Source: Turneriella sp.
GTDB taxonomy: Bacteria > Spirochaetota > Leptospiria > Turneriellales > Turneriellaceae
NCBI GenBank assembly: GCA_965279515.1
Contig: CBDIID010000003.1
Location: 128,001-192,000 of the forward strand
Direction of reading: 5' to 3'
DNA: 64,000 nucleotides
Shown here: positions 41,675 to 50,117 of the stretch, in pieces
How the letters are laid out: each line of letters starts with the position of its first letter
Position numbering within the stretch: position 1 is the first letter of the stretch
Notes under the pieces: generated by a model
Databases searched by the model: none
The model's input: the letters and a program-made list of their open reading frames with translations, nothing else
What the model was told of the DNA's origin: nothing
Made by a program: the position numbers and the translations under genes

Positions 41675-41702
41675 GTAAACATCTTAGTCATCGCATCATT
41701 TC

Positions 41703-41920
41703 AGCCAACGTGGATTTTACGCTGACGTTTTTTGACGCGTGTGTCATTTATTCAAACTGTAAAGCCGATTTGCGTCAAAAAATGTGGTCGTAGCGGCTCG
41801 CGGCGACGCGCGAAAACACACCTCCCGGTGTGCGCGTCGTCCGCGATCTCTGGCCGCGGAGACCCGAGCACGCGAGGAGCTACGGCACCGCAGCGGCGCA
41901 GCGCGTAAAATTTGTTGTCT
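41703..41920 (-). repeat. attC-like site, type A
   Basis: AAC...GTT bounded repeat; first attC after the attI-like end. Confidence 0.88.
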
Positions 41921-41994
41921 GAAGTAATTGCGCCTGCAAGCCTGGCCAAGGAGGGCCAGGCGGCTAATTAAGATAAAATTTTAGGCTCATAAAT

Positions 41995-42510
41995 TCAGAT
42001 AAATGACGGTACAAGTATATCTATTCCTTTGAGATTTATTCGCGATAGGATTTCCTTTCCGCGGGGAGAAATAAATAGCCTAGGCTTATTTATTTCATAA
42101 TAAACCAGCTCGTCTTTCAGTACATTATCTTTGAACACCGGTTCATCAATAACCAAAATGTTTCCGGAAGAGCCATAGGTGATCTGGGAACTCCCTTGAT
42201 CCAAGCAGCTTCTATGATTTTTGCATGCGAATAGGAATATCTCGGTATCATCGCACATTAATCTGTGAAATGTACCGTCATTGCTTAACGCGGAAAATAG
42301 CTCAGGAATTTTCTTGCCAATTACAGTTAGCCCGACACTTGTATCAATATCTGGCATGGGTCGTGTTTTTGCATAAGCCCATGAGACCTTAGTGTTTTTG
42401 AGGACGTTTGGGCTGAATCGCCCAAAACGCAGTGCGTCATCGATTTCGTTTTGATTTGAGAACAAGAGTTGCTGATATCTGTTCTTAGGCGAAAGTATGT
42501 ATGGCTTCAT
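41995..42510 (-). CDS. Hypothetical protein, Imm11-like
   Basis: CLDxxxS...ILVIDEPVF...LFIS...LKGI pattern resembles Imm11/DUF1629. Confidence 0.5.
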   Translation of the reverse strand: MKPYILSPKNRYQQLLFSNQNEIDDALRFGRFSPNVLKNTKVSWAYAKTRPMPDIDTSVGLTVIGKKIPELFSALSNDGTFHRLMCDDTEIFLFACKNHRSCLDQGSSQITYGSSGNILVIDEPVFKDNVLKDELVYYEINKPRLFISPRGKEILSRINLKGIDILVPSFI

Positions 42511-42668
42511 TAGACGCCCCTGGCAAATAAATCAATATTCTCGAGATTGATTTTATATGGCAAATCATGTTGTCACTCAAAAGGAATTTCATATAAGAAA
42601 ATGCCCTCCCTTGCCTTGCGCGCAGCGTCGCCAAGGATGGCGACGAAGTATATAGGCGCAATTATTTC

Positions 42669-42765
42669 AGACAACGTCTATTAGCTGAATTGCGTATAAT
42701 TGCCAAAATGTCAATAATCTGGCGAAAAGCGAGGGGGATTTGGTGTTTTCGCGCATTGCGTAAAA
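42669..42765 (-). other. Putative attI-like site (array entry point)
   Basis: The cassette starting at 41914 ends with its matching IR ...tttcagacAAC at 42675. No attC body follows; - strand reads ...cagctaatagac-GTT. TTGCGTA is repeated at ~42690 and ~42756. Confidence 0.6.
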
Positions 42766-42811
42766 GATCCATGTTCTTCCCAGGCGGGGGGCGCCTTTTG
42801 CGATGAGAGAG

Positions 42812-43750
42812 CTAGCGCTCTTTACACGATTCTTTGTAAATAATCACCCACGGTCGCTCCTGGATGCATTTGATGAACGAGCGGCTGTATTCGATGGTGA
42901 GGCGAATGTTGTCGCGTAGTTGTTTGCTCTCTTTATTGAATTTGCCGAGTGTGCCGCGGTTTGTGCTGAGGGCTTTTTCCAGGTATTCGAGGTTGCGGGC
43001 CATGGCGGCGGTGTTTGAGACGAGTTCGGCGAGGCTTTGCTGTTGGGCGGTGAGAATTTCTTCGCTATTGCGGGCGATGAGAGAGATGTTGGTTTTGAGG
43101 CCTTCGAACTGTTCTGAGATCGTGGAAAAGTAACTTTTTGCACCGGAGAGGGTGACGTTGAGGTCATCGCGGTTTTCGGCGACGACGGCGTCGATGTTGG
43201 CGCGCAGGATGCTGGCTTTGGCAAAAATCTGTTCGGCGACTTCGCCGGCGCTCTTGCCTTCAAACCAGCTGGAGAAGGACAGCATCATCTGTTCGAAGGA
43301 GGGCGGCGAGATGCCACGCACGATTTGGCCGGGCTGGATGGTTTTATCACCTGCCATCATTTCCTTGAACTGGACGTTGATGTATTTCTGGCCCATGAGG
43401 TTATTGCTGAAGATCGCGATCTGCGTTTCTTTCGTGTCGGGCATCACATTCTTGAGACTGTTTTCAAGATAGACGCGGACATAGGTCTGCTGGTCTTTCT
43501 GGAAGATATCCTGCACATAACCGACCTGGCGGCCGCCGGCGAGCAGGACGCGGGCATTTTTGGTGAGATTACTGAGGAAAGAAAACGCGACGTCGATGGT
43601 GAAACCCGAGCGGGCAGTGTGGATACGCGCGCCGACGATGGCGCCGATGACGAGGACAAGAAAGCTGAGCAGTACATAGGAACCGACGCGGATCGAGCGG
43701 CGGCGGGCGGCTTCGACGGGGCTCAGGGCAGGCTTGGCGGCCGCAGACAT
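42812..43750 (-). CDS. mlaD: MlaD/MCE family protein
   Basis: TM anchor, MCE domain (LMGQKYINV), helical tail. Confidence 0.85.
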   Translation of the reverse strand: MSAAAKPALSPVEAARRRSIRVGSYVLLSFLVLVIGAIVGARIHTARSGFTIDVAFSFLSNLTKNARVLLAGGRQVGYVQDIFQKDQQTYVRVYLENSLKNVMPDTKETQIAIFSNNLMGQKYINVQFKEMMAGDKTIQPGQIVRGISPPSFEQMMLSFSSWFEGKSAGEVAEQIFAKASILRANIDAVVAENRDDLNVTLSGAKSYFSTISEQFEGLKTNISLIARNSEEILTAQQQSLAELVSNTAAMARNLEYLEKALSTNRGTLGKFNKESKQLRDNIRLTIEYSRSFIKCIQERPWVIIYKESCKER

Positions 43751-44640
43751 TAATTGCCTTTGTTGAGAAAGAGAGAGGGATTTTCTTCGAGCTTACGGAA
43801 CAGCTCGCGCGCGTGGTAGGCGGCTTCGTTGGCGTTCTTGTAGAGTTCTTCGTCCTGGATAAGTTTACCGACCGAGCCGCGGCCTGAGTTGACGCGCTGT
43901 GTGATGAGGTTGAGGTCGCGCGAAATTTTCGACATGTTCTCGAGCATGATCTGTATGTCTTGTTTGTTCTGGTTCGAGATGTCGGTAAAGTTTTTCGAGA
44001 GGATGTTGAGTTTTTGCATGAGAGTATCAAGCTGGGCGGAGAGTGAGGTGAACGATTCGCGCGCCTGTTTGATGGTCTGGCGGATATCCCCCCGGTTTTC
44101 ATTCACGATGCCGTTGAGATTGGAGAGGAATGTCTCGGTTTCTTTCATGATCTCGGCCAGAACCTGGCCGCCGTTTTTACCGTCGAACCAGCTGGAGAAC
44201 GCCATCATCATCTGGTCGATGGAGGGCGGGTCGATGCCGACCCATTCATCGCCGTTCTGGAAGAAGACTTCGTTGGGTTTGGCTTCGGGGATGGTGATGT
44301 TGATATACTTTTGGCCCATGAGGCCGGTGGTATAGATGGCGAAGACGGTTTCGACGCGCTTGGGAATTTTGCCGAGCAGGTCTTTTTTTAGGGAGATTTG
44401 TACGTAGGTTTTGAGGTCTTTCTGGTAGATGTTTTCGACATAACCGACGGGCAGGCCGCCTGAGATACGCACGGGGGCACCGTTCGAGAGGTTGTTGAGG
44501 AACCGGAAGCGCAGGTTGAGGCGCAGCCCGTCACCGGAGACTTGCCAGCGGCCGAGAATGGCCAGCAGGCTGACGAATGTCGCCACGGAGATAAGGGTCA
44601 TGACGCCGACGGCGACCTTGGTTTTTCTGTCTTTATCCAT
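43750..44640 (-). CDS. mlaD: MlaD/MCE family protein
   Basis: LSNGAPVRISGGLPVGYV, TTGLMGQKYINI. Confidence 0.88.
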   Translation of the reverse strand: MDKDRKTKVAVGVMTLISVATFVSLLAILGRWQVSGDGLRLNLRFRFLNNLSNGAPVRISGGLPVGYVENIYQKDLKTYVQISLKKDLLGKIPKRVETVFAIYTTGLMGQKYINITIPEAKPNEVFFQNGDEWVGIDPPSIDQMMMAFSSWFDGKNGGQVLAEIMKETETFLSNLNGIVNENRGDIRQTIKQARESFTSLSAQLDTLMQKLNILSKNFTDISNQNKQDIQIMLENMSKISRDLNLITQRVNSGRGSVGKLIQDEELYKNANEAAYHARELFRKLEENPSLFLNKGN

Positions 44641-45398
44641 TATAAAATCGGTATCGGGCCTTCGGCTGAACCTTCTACAAATTGGCGTATCACAGGGTCA
44701 TCCGATTTTCTAAAATCATCGGGGGTGCCGATGAGGCGGAATACCCCGTCATAGAGCATGGCGACGCGGTCGGCGGTACGGAACACCGATTGCATATCGT
44801 GAGAAATGACGATCGAGGTGACGCCGGTTTTCGTGTTGAGGCTGCGGATGAGGTCGTCGACGGCGGCGCCGAGAATGGGGTCAACGCCGGTCGTGGGTTC
44901 GTCGTAGAGCACGATTTCGGGATTGAGGGCAATGGCGCGGGCGAGGCCGACGCGTTTTTGCATGCCTCCTGATAAGGCGGATGGATTGATGTGTTCGACG
45001 TCTTTGAGGCCGACGAGGCCCAGTTTCTCCCGAACGAGTGCGGCGATTTCGGCTTCTTTCATACGCGTAAAACGGCGCGGAGCGAAGGCGACATTTTCAT
45101 AGACCGACATCGAGTCGAAGAGGGCGGCCATCTGGAAGAGGACGCCCATTTTTTTACGCAGGATATTGAGGTCGTCGTCACCGAGGCTATGGACATCGGC
45201 ACCGTCGATGAGCACGCGGCCTGAGTCGGGGCGCAGGAGGCCGGTGATATTTTTGAGCGTGACGGATTTGCCCGATCCGCTTTTGCCGATGATGTAGATA
45301 ATTTCGCCGCGCATGATGTCGAGGTCGACGCCGCGCAGAACGTGTTTGTCGCCGAAACTTTTGACGAGGTTTTCGAGGCGGACGTGGACGTCAGGCAT
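44640..45398 (-). CDS. mlaF: MlaF ABC transporter ATPase
   Basis: GKSGSGKS, LSGGMQKRVGLARA, YDEPTTG. Confidence 0.92.
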   Translation of the reverse strand: MPDVHVRLENLVKSFGDKHVLRGVDLDIMRGEIIYIIGKSGSGKSVTLKNITGLLRPDSGRVLIDGADVHSLGDDDLNILRKKMGVLFQMAALFDSMSVYENVAFAPRRFTRMKEAEIAALVREKLGLVGLKDVEHINPSALSGGMQKRVGLARAIALNPEIVLYDEPTTGVDPILGAAVDDLIRSLNTKTGVTSIVISHDMQSVFRTADRVAMLYDGVFRLIGTPDDFRKSDDPVIRQFVEGSAEGPIPIL

Positions 45399-45539
45399 TT
45401 GGGACGCCCCATTTTTTTGAAAAGCCGCTCAAAAATACCGGGCCTCGCAACTTGCCGCGCAAGTTGCTGCTAAAGCGCTTCGCTGCCCGGTACTTTTGGA
45501 AGCCGCGCGGCTTTTCAAGCAAGTTGCAATCCGCATAAG

Positions 45540-46349
45540 TCATAATCCAAATAACTGAAAAATATACGTAATGAAATAGTCCGACACGATGATCATCATA
45601 AAGGAGAACACGACAGCCTGGATCGTCGCCTGGCCGACACCTTCGGCGCCGCCGCGCGCGCGAAAGCCCGAGAAGCACGAGATGAGCGCGATCTCGGCAC
45701 CGAAGAAAAAGGTTTTGCCGACACCCGAGACAAGGTCTTTGCTGTGTACGAGCGTGCGCGCCGAATCGAAGTAGAGATTGTAGGGTATGTCGAGGCTGAT
45801 ATTCGAAATGAGCGCGCCGCCGAAAACGCCGACAACGATGGCCATGACGGTAATCATGGGAATGCAGATGAGCGCAGCGAGAAAGCGCGGTACCGAGAGG
45901 TAGTGCACGGGGTTTGTGGCGAGCGTTGCGAGGGCGTCGATCTGTTCGGTGACCTTCATGGTACCGACTTCGGCGGCGATCGATGAGCCGACGCGGCCGG
46001 CAAGCAGGACGGCGGTGAGTACGGGGGCAAGTTCGCGCACCATGGCGAGGGAAATACCACCGCCCATGAAGGTTGAAATACCCTGGATCTGTTGCTCCAT
46101 GGGGCCGCCGAGCTGCAGCGCCATGACCATGCCGACGAAGAAGGAGCTGACGACGCCGACGGGAATCGATTTTACACCGATCTCGCCCATCTGGTAGAGC
46201 AGGTTACGGAAGTCAAAGGGGCGGGCGAAGACGAAACGAAAGGTTTGGCCAGCGAAAATCGCAAAGCCGCCGAGGGCTTCGAGAAGTCCTAAAACGCCGC
46301 CGCCGATTCTTTCAGCGAGGGGGATTACTTTGCGCGGCAGTCTCTTCAT
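45540..46349 (-). CDS. mlaE: MlaE ABC permease
   Basis: RELAPVLTAVLLAGRVGSSIAAEVGTMKVTEQIDAL. Confidence 0.93.
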   Translation of the reverse strand: MKRLPRKVIPLAERIGGGVLGLLEALGGFAIFAGQTFRFVFARPFDFRNLLYQMGEIGVKSIPVGVVSSFFVGMVMALQLGGPMEQQIQGISTFMGGGISLAMVRELAPVLTAVLLAGRVGSSIAAEVGTMKVTEQIDALATLATNPVHYLSVPRFLAALICIPMITVMAIVVGVFGGALISNISLDIPYNLYFDSARTLVHSKDLVSGVGKTFFFGAEIALISCFSGFRARGGAEGVGQATIQAVVFSFMMIIVSDYFITYIFQLFGL

Positions 46350-48967
46350 TCGACGGTGGTTTCGATACGATCTAAGAGCCAGTCTTTATTCTTGCGTTGA
46401 ATCGGCGACCGACAATACGCGCAGGATTCACTGTCGGTTTCGGGCAGCGGCGCGCCGCAGGTGTCGCAGCTATGGTCGGCAAAACCTGAGCCTTGCTGGT
46501 CTTTTGGGTCAACGGTTAAATGCAGCAAAGATTCCCGATGGCGGATTTCCTTGTCGCCAGGGCCCTGCGCCGACCATTTGATACGCACCGTGGCGGTGAC
46601 GGGTGAAGCGTCGCCGTTAAAATCCTCGAGGTCGGCGGCACCGACAGAGACGTCTTTCCACGGCGCGGCGGCGCGTGTATTTTTGAGGTAGTCGTCCGTG
46701 GCATCGCGCAAGAGGAAATCCTTCTTGCCGGTAATGCCGGTTATGACATCGCGCCAGAAGATAAAGGAGGCACGGTCTTCGACGCGGTCAGCGCTCATGC
46801 CTTTTCCGGACATCTGTTTACGCTTGCCCTTGCTGTATTCCACTTCCTGGGTAATTTCGGCGAGCACCCAGTCAAAGGTGCCTGAGCCCATGACGGCAGC
46901 GCAGCTCTTGCACTTGGTGATTTCGCCTTCGCCGGTAAAGGGCGTGCCGCAATGGCTGCAGGCATCGATACTCTCCTGGACGGATGTTTTCGCGTTACTG
47001 CGGCGCATGAAGGTGTAATATTCGACAAAGCTATTGCAGGGGGCCTTGTGCGCTGCCTGGGCTGCTTCTGCCTGCGTCAGCGCTGCATCGACCATAACAT
47101 CGCGCGCTTCGGCATCGAGACGAACAACGATGGCATCGAAAGGCCCGGAAAGCTGGTGCGCGACGATATGAAATGCACGGATCTTGAAATCTGCCATGGC
47201 ATTTTGCCGTTTTTCATGCTCGCGCATGATTTTCAGCTGTGTGCGGAAGCGGTTATAGACGCCCTGCGAGAGATAGCGGCGGCACTCACGCATATCGCCG
47301 GCCGACCAGGCATGCTGGATTTTTTCGGCAATCAGGCGGCCGCGGGTTTTGAAAGCTTCGGCATCGAAGGCGGGGTCACGCTTTCGTATAGCACTGATGG
47401 CGCTCACTTCCCGGTCATGGGATTTTTGGCGTTCGAGGCGCGCATGTTTCATGCGGCCACGCCAGGAGAAGAAGACGATCAGGGCGACGAGGCCGCCAAC
47501 GATCGAGAGAAAATAGAACCAGAAAACCCAGCGCGGGTATTTGCCGAAGGTATGGTAGTGCGAAAAACCAAAACGGATGCGCGTCAAAAATCCGGGGTCG
47601 GCAATCCGGCCTTCTTCGATCTCGCCGATAAACAGCCATAGGCCGCGCACCTGCGCTTCATCTGGCACGAGTACGATCTTGTTTCCTTCGCGGGTCAGTG
47701 TTGTTTTGACGGGCGACAACTTGCTGCAAGTACCGCCCGATTCGGTTTCGCAGTCAAAGATCTTGCCGCTGAGCTTCACACCTTCAGGCGTTTCGACTGT
47801 GATCTTATTGCGGTCGGTGATAAATGTGGGAGACGTTTGGGTATTTGCGACATAGCGCCCGGTGAGCGCCGGCAACGGCAGGATTACTGTCTGTTTGCTG
47901 TGGGCGTCGCTCAGCCAGGCATGCAGAACCGAATAGCTGAGGCGCGTGGCGTTGTCGGTTAAAACGAAATGGGGATCCGTGTACTCGCTGAAATAACCTT
48001 TGCGAATGCCCGCGAGGCGGCCGAGCAGGTAAACCCTGTCGGCGCTTATACCCAGGGGAAAACGCATTTGCACGCCGGCCATGGGCTTTAGGTAAGAGAT
48101 GTTTTCGCTGATATGCGCCACGGCATCTTTATCGAGGCGTATCGTGGTTTCGAGCCGGCTCATCAGGCTTGCCGCATTCCATGCCTTCCATGCAGCGGCG
48201 CGGTGTGTGGCGCCGTTGAGCGAAATGCGCAAGGTCGTAACGCCTTTCAGCGTTTCTGCAGTAAGTTCCGTTACGCCGGGTAACACCAGCGGTTTCGCAT
48301 CGGGGTTTGCGTACTGCACTTCGATGGCGTCTTCGGCAGAGAGTCCTGTAAATTTCAAATGGCAGTCTGCCGCACCCCGGCAAAGAGGTTCCATGTGTAC
48401 AAGGGCGCCCGCACGCGTCGGAACCGCGGCAATCGACAAGACGCTCGTGAAACTGAGTGTGGTGTCCCCTGCCGGAACAGCAGCGAGTTTAAAATAGATG
48501 GCTTCGGTAGTTTGGCGTGCGCTCTTCATTTGGGTGAGGTCGGCCGCGGCGCTCTGGAGTTGCCATGGCACATTCGGCACGCCGGGTACATAGCGGTACT
48601 CATCGGAGACTGTGCCTTTGATCCTGAGTATCGCCTTTTCCGTTACGGTTAGCTTACCGGGGGCGTCGAATGCGTAGGAGCGTTCAAGCGCTTTAAAATC
48701 GCCCAGTGTTTTATACGAAGGGCCTGAAGAAGTGCTGCCCGATGACGACCGGTAGCCTGAACCAGAAGAAGACGACCGGTACGACCCCGATGAGGGGCGA
48801 CTCGAGGAACTGGAGGAGCTATAAGACGACCGGCCTGATGAAGAACTGGATGAGCTCGACCGCGAAGAGCTGGAACTGCTTGAAGAGCGGTAACTGCCGC
48901 CGCCGCCCGCGCGGGCGAATAAATCAAATGTCAAAATCAATGGAATGAGTAGGGCAATGATGCGCAC
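46346..48967 (-). CDS. Tim44-like domain membrane protein with Zn ribbons
   Basis: ARAGGGGS Ser-rich leader; TM; DPAFD...IQHAW; CxxCG pairs. Confidence 0.8.
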   Translation of the reverse strand: MRIIALLIPLILTFDLFARAGGGGSYRSSSSSSSSRSSSSSSSSGRSSYSSSSSSSRPSSGSYRSSSSGSGYRSSSGSTSSGPSYKTLGDFKALERSYAFDAPGKLTVTEKAILRIKGTVSDEYRYVPGVPNVPWQLQSAAADLTQMKSARQTTEAIYFKLAAVPAGDTTLSFTSVLSIAAVPTRAGALVHMEPLCRGAADCHLKFTGLSAEDAIEVQYANPDAKPLVLPGVTELTAETLKGVTTLRISLNGATHRAAAWKAWNAASLMSRLETTIRLDKDAVAHISENISYLKPMAGVQMRFPLGISADRVYLLGRLAGIRKGYFSEYTDPHFVLTDNATRLSYSVLHAWLSDAHSKQTVILPLPALTGRYVANTQTSPTFITDRNKITVETPEGVKLSGKIFDCETESGGTCSKLSPVKTTLTREGNKIVLVPDEAQVRGLWLFIGEIEEGRIADPGFLTRIRFGFSHYHTFGKYPRWVFWFYFLSIVGGLVALIVFFSWRGRMKHARLERQKSHDREVSAISAIRKRDPAFDAEAFKTRGRLIAEKIQHAWSAGDMRECRRYLSQGVYNRFRTQLKIMREHEKRQNAMADFKIRAFHIVAHQLSGPFDAIVVRLDAEARDVMVDAALTQAEAAQAAHKAPCNSFVEYYTFMRRSNAKTSVQESIDACSHCGTPFTGEGEITKCKSCAAVMGSGTFDWVLAEITQEVEYSKGKRKQMSGKGMSADRVEDRASFIFWRDVITGITGKKDFLLRDATDDYLKNTRAAAPWKDVSVGAADLEDFNGDASPVTATVRIKWSAQGPGDKEIRHRESLLHLTVDPKDQQGSGFADHSCDTCGAPLPETDSESCAYCRSPIQRKNKDWLLDRIETTVE

Positions 48968-49001
48968 GCGCGATATTAAAAGACGCCCGCCCTATGTAAA
49001 G

Positions 49002-49922
49002 CTAATGGTGTTGGTGGATGTCCTCTTTACCGGTGCAGAATTCAATCGTGCTGTGGTAGATACCCTCGGCGGCGATGAGCTGGCGGATCTGCTTTTTCAT
49101 TTTACCGAGTGTGGTCAGGCTTTCTTTTCCGGTGATAATCACCTGCAGCGTGATGACATGGTTCTCGCCGTCGAGGGTCCAGGTGTGCAGATCTTCGACA
49201 GCTTTGACGCCTTTGAGCGTGCGGATCTTGCCTTCTAGCTCGGTGAGCTTCAGATGCTGCGGCACTTCGAGCAGCAGAATCTTCACAACGCTGCGCAGGT
49301 TCTTGAAGACATTAAAGAGGATAAAGACTGCAATGCCGAGTGAAATGAGCGGGTCCAAAAACGGCAAATTGAAGAAGATCATTAAAATACTGCTGATCAG
49401 TACGGCAATCCAACCCAAAACATCTTCGAGCAGGTGCAGGTAGACGGCACGTTCATTCAGGGAATGACCCGCTTTGACGCGTAACGCAGCAAAGCCGTTG
49501 ATCACGATACCGAGGATCGCCAGGAGGAGCATACCCTTGGCGTTGGCGGGCTGCGGGTTCATGAGCCTGACGGCCGATTCGCGGATGACCAGAGCCACGC
49601 CAATCAGCAGAACGCTGGAAACCACGAGGGCGCCCAGCAGGGAGAAACGTTTATAGCCATAGGAGTAATAGCGGTCACGGGGTTTTTGCGATACCTTTTG
49701 CAGGTACCAGGCGACGCCCAGGGAGAGGGCATCCCCGAAGTCGTGCAGGGCATCGGAGAGAATGGCGACGCTGTTGGTGTAGAGCCCGCCGACGAGTTCG
49801 ATGATGGCGAAGGAGATATTGAGGAAGAGGGCAATCAGCAAATTCTGCGACGAGCGGTCGGCTCCGTGCGAGTGGCCGTGCCCGTGGCTATGGGAGTGTG
49901 TATGCTTATGACTGTGTCCCAT
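49002..49922 (-). CDS. czcD: Cation diffusion facilitator (CzcD/ZitB-like)
   Basis: His-rich N-terminus; SDALHDFGD; YSYGYKR; HLLED. Confidence 0.9.
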   Translation of the reverse strand: MGHSHKHTHSHSHGHGHSHGADRSSQNLLIALFLNISFAIIELVGGLYTNSVAILSDALHDFGDALSLGVAWYLQKVSQKPRDRYYSYGYKRFSLLGALVVSSVLLIGVALVIRESAVRLMNPQPANAKGMLLLAILGIVINGFAALRVKAGHSLNERAVYLHLLEDVLGWIAVLISSILMIFFNLPFLDPLISLGIAVFILFNVFKNLRSVVKILLLEVPQHLKLTELEGKIRTLKGVKAVEDLHTWTLDGENHVITLQVIITGKESLTTLGKMKKQIRQLIAAEGIYHSTIEFCTGKEDIHQHH

Positions 49923-49990
49923 TATGGATAACAGCAGGGAAAAAAATTCCTTCAGCGCTGATGTAAAGACTGTTTTCTGAGTGCTGTAAG

Positions 49991-50103
49991 AACCACTCCG
50001 CCCCTTTGGGGCACCCCTCCATAGGAGGGGAATTTTCATATGTAGATTGCCCCGAGGTTTCCCCTCCTGCGGAGGGGTGGCAGGCGCAGCCTGACGGGGT
50101 GGT
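49991..50103. repeat. Inverted pair of REP-like double-hairpin elements
   Basis: cccctcc-N-ggagggg hairpins in two inverted units; related to 51461-51563. Confidence 0.65.
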
Positions 50104-50117
50104 CTTGGTGGTCTAAC

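Larger units (their letters stand above)
1..42675 (-). mobile_element. Integron-like gene cassette array (>=41 cassettes, runs off left edge)
   Basis: 41 related ~200-bp palindromic repeats bounded by AAC...GTT separate unrelated, mostly single, AT-rich ORFs. Duplicated cassettes keep the repeat on their left (+ coordinates), giving - strand polarity. Confidence 0.93.

Noticed and set aside
875..41920. Repeats as MITEs or non-autonomous IS
   Set aside because: No TSDs. The flanks pair across the cassette rather than across the repeat, and none occur in the backbone.
854..41949. Many recurring 60-110 aa ORFs (e.g. MTLVSFIQFVKPICVKKCGRSG..., ...STRGATAPQRAQQVNF)
   Set aside because: They are translations of the GC-rich attC repeats in various frames, with inconsistent starts and stops.
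1..42675. CRISPR array interpretation of the repeats
   Set aside because: Repeats are ~200 bp, spacers are whole genes, and there are no cas genes.
1..42675. Array oriented on the + strand
   Set aside because: Duplicated cassettes retain the left-hand repeat type, most genes are on the - strand, and the right end lacks an attC body.
42676..42720. Confident Pc promoter call
   Set aside because: TTGACA on the - strand has no good -10 at 16-18 nt, and TATAAT at 42695 is on the opposite strand without a -35.
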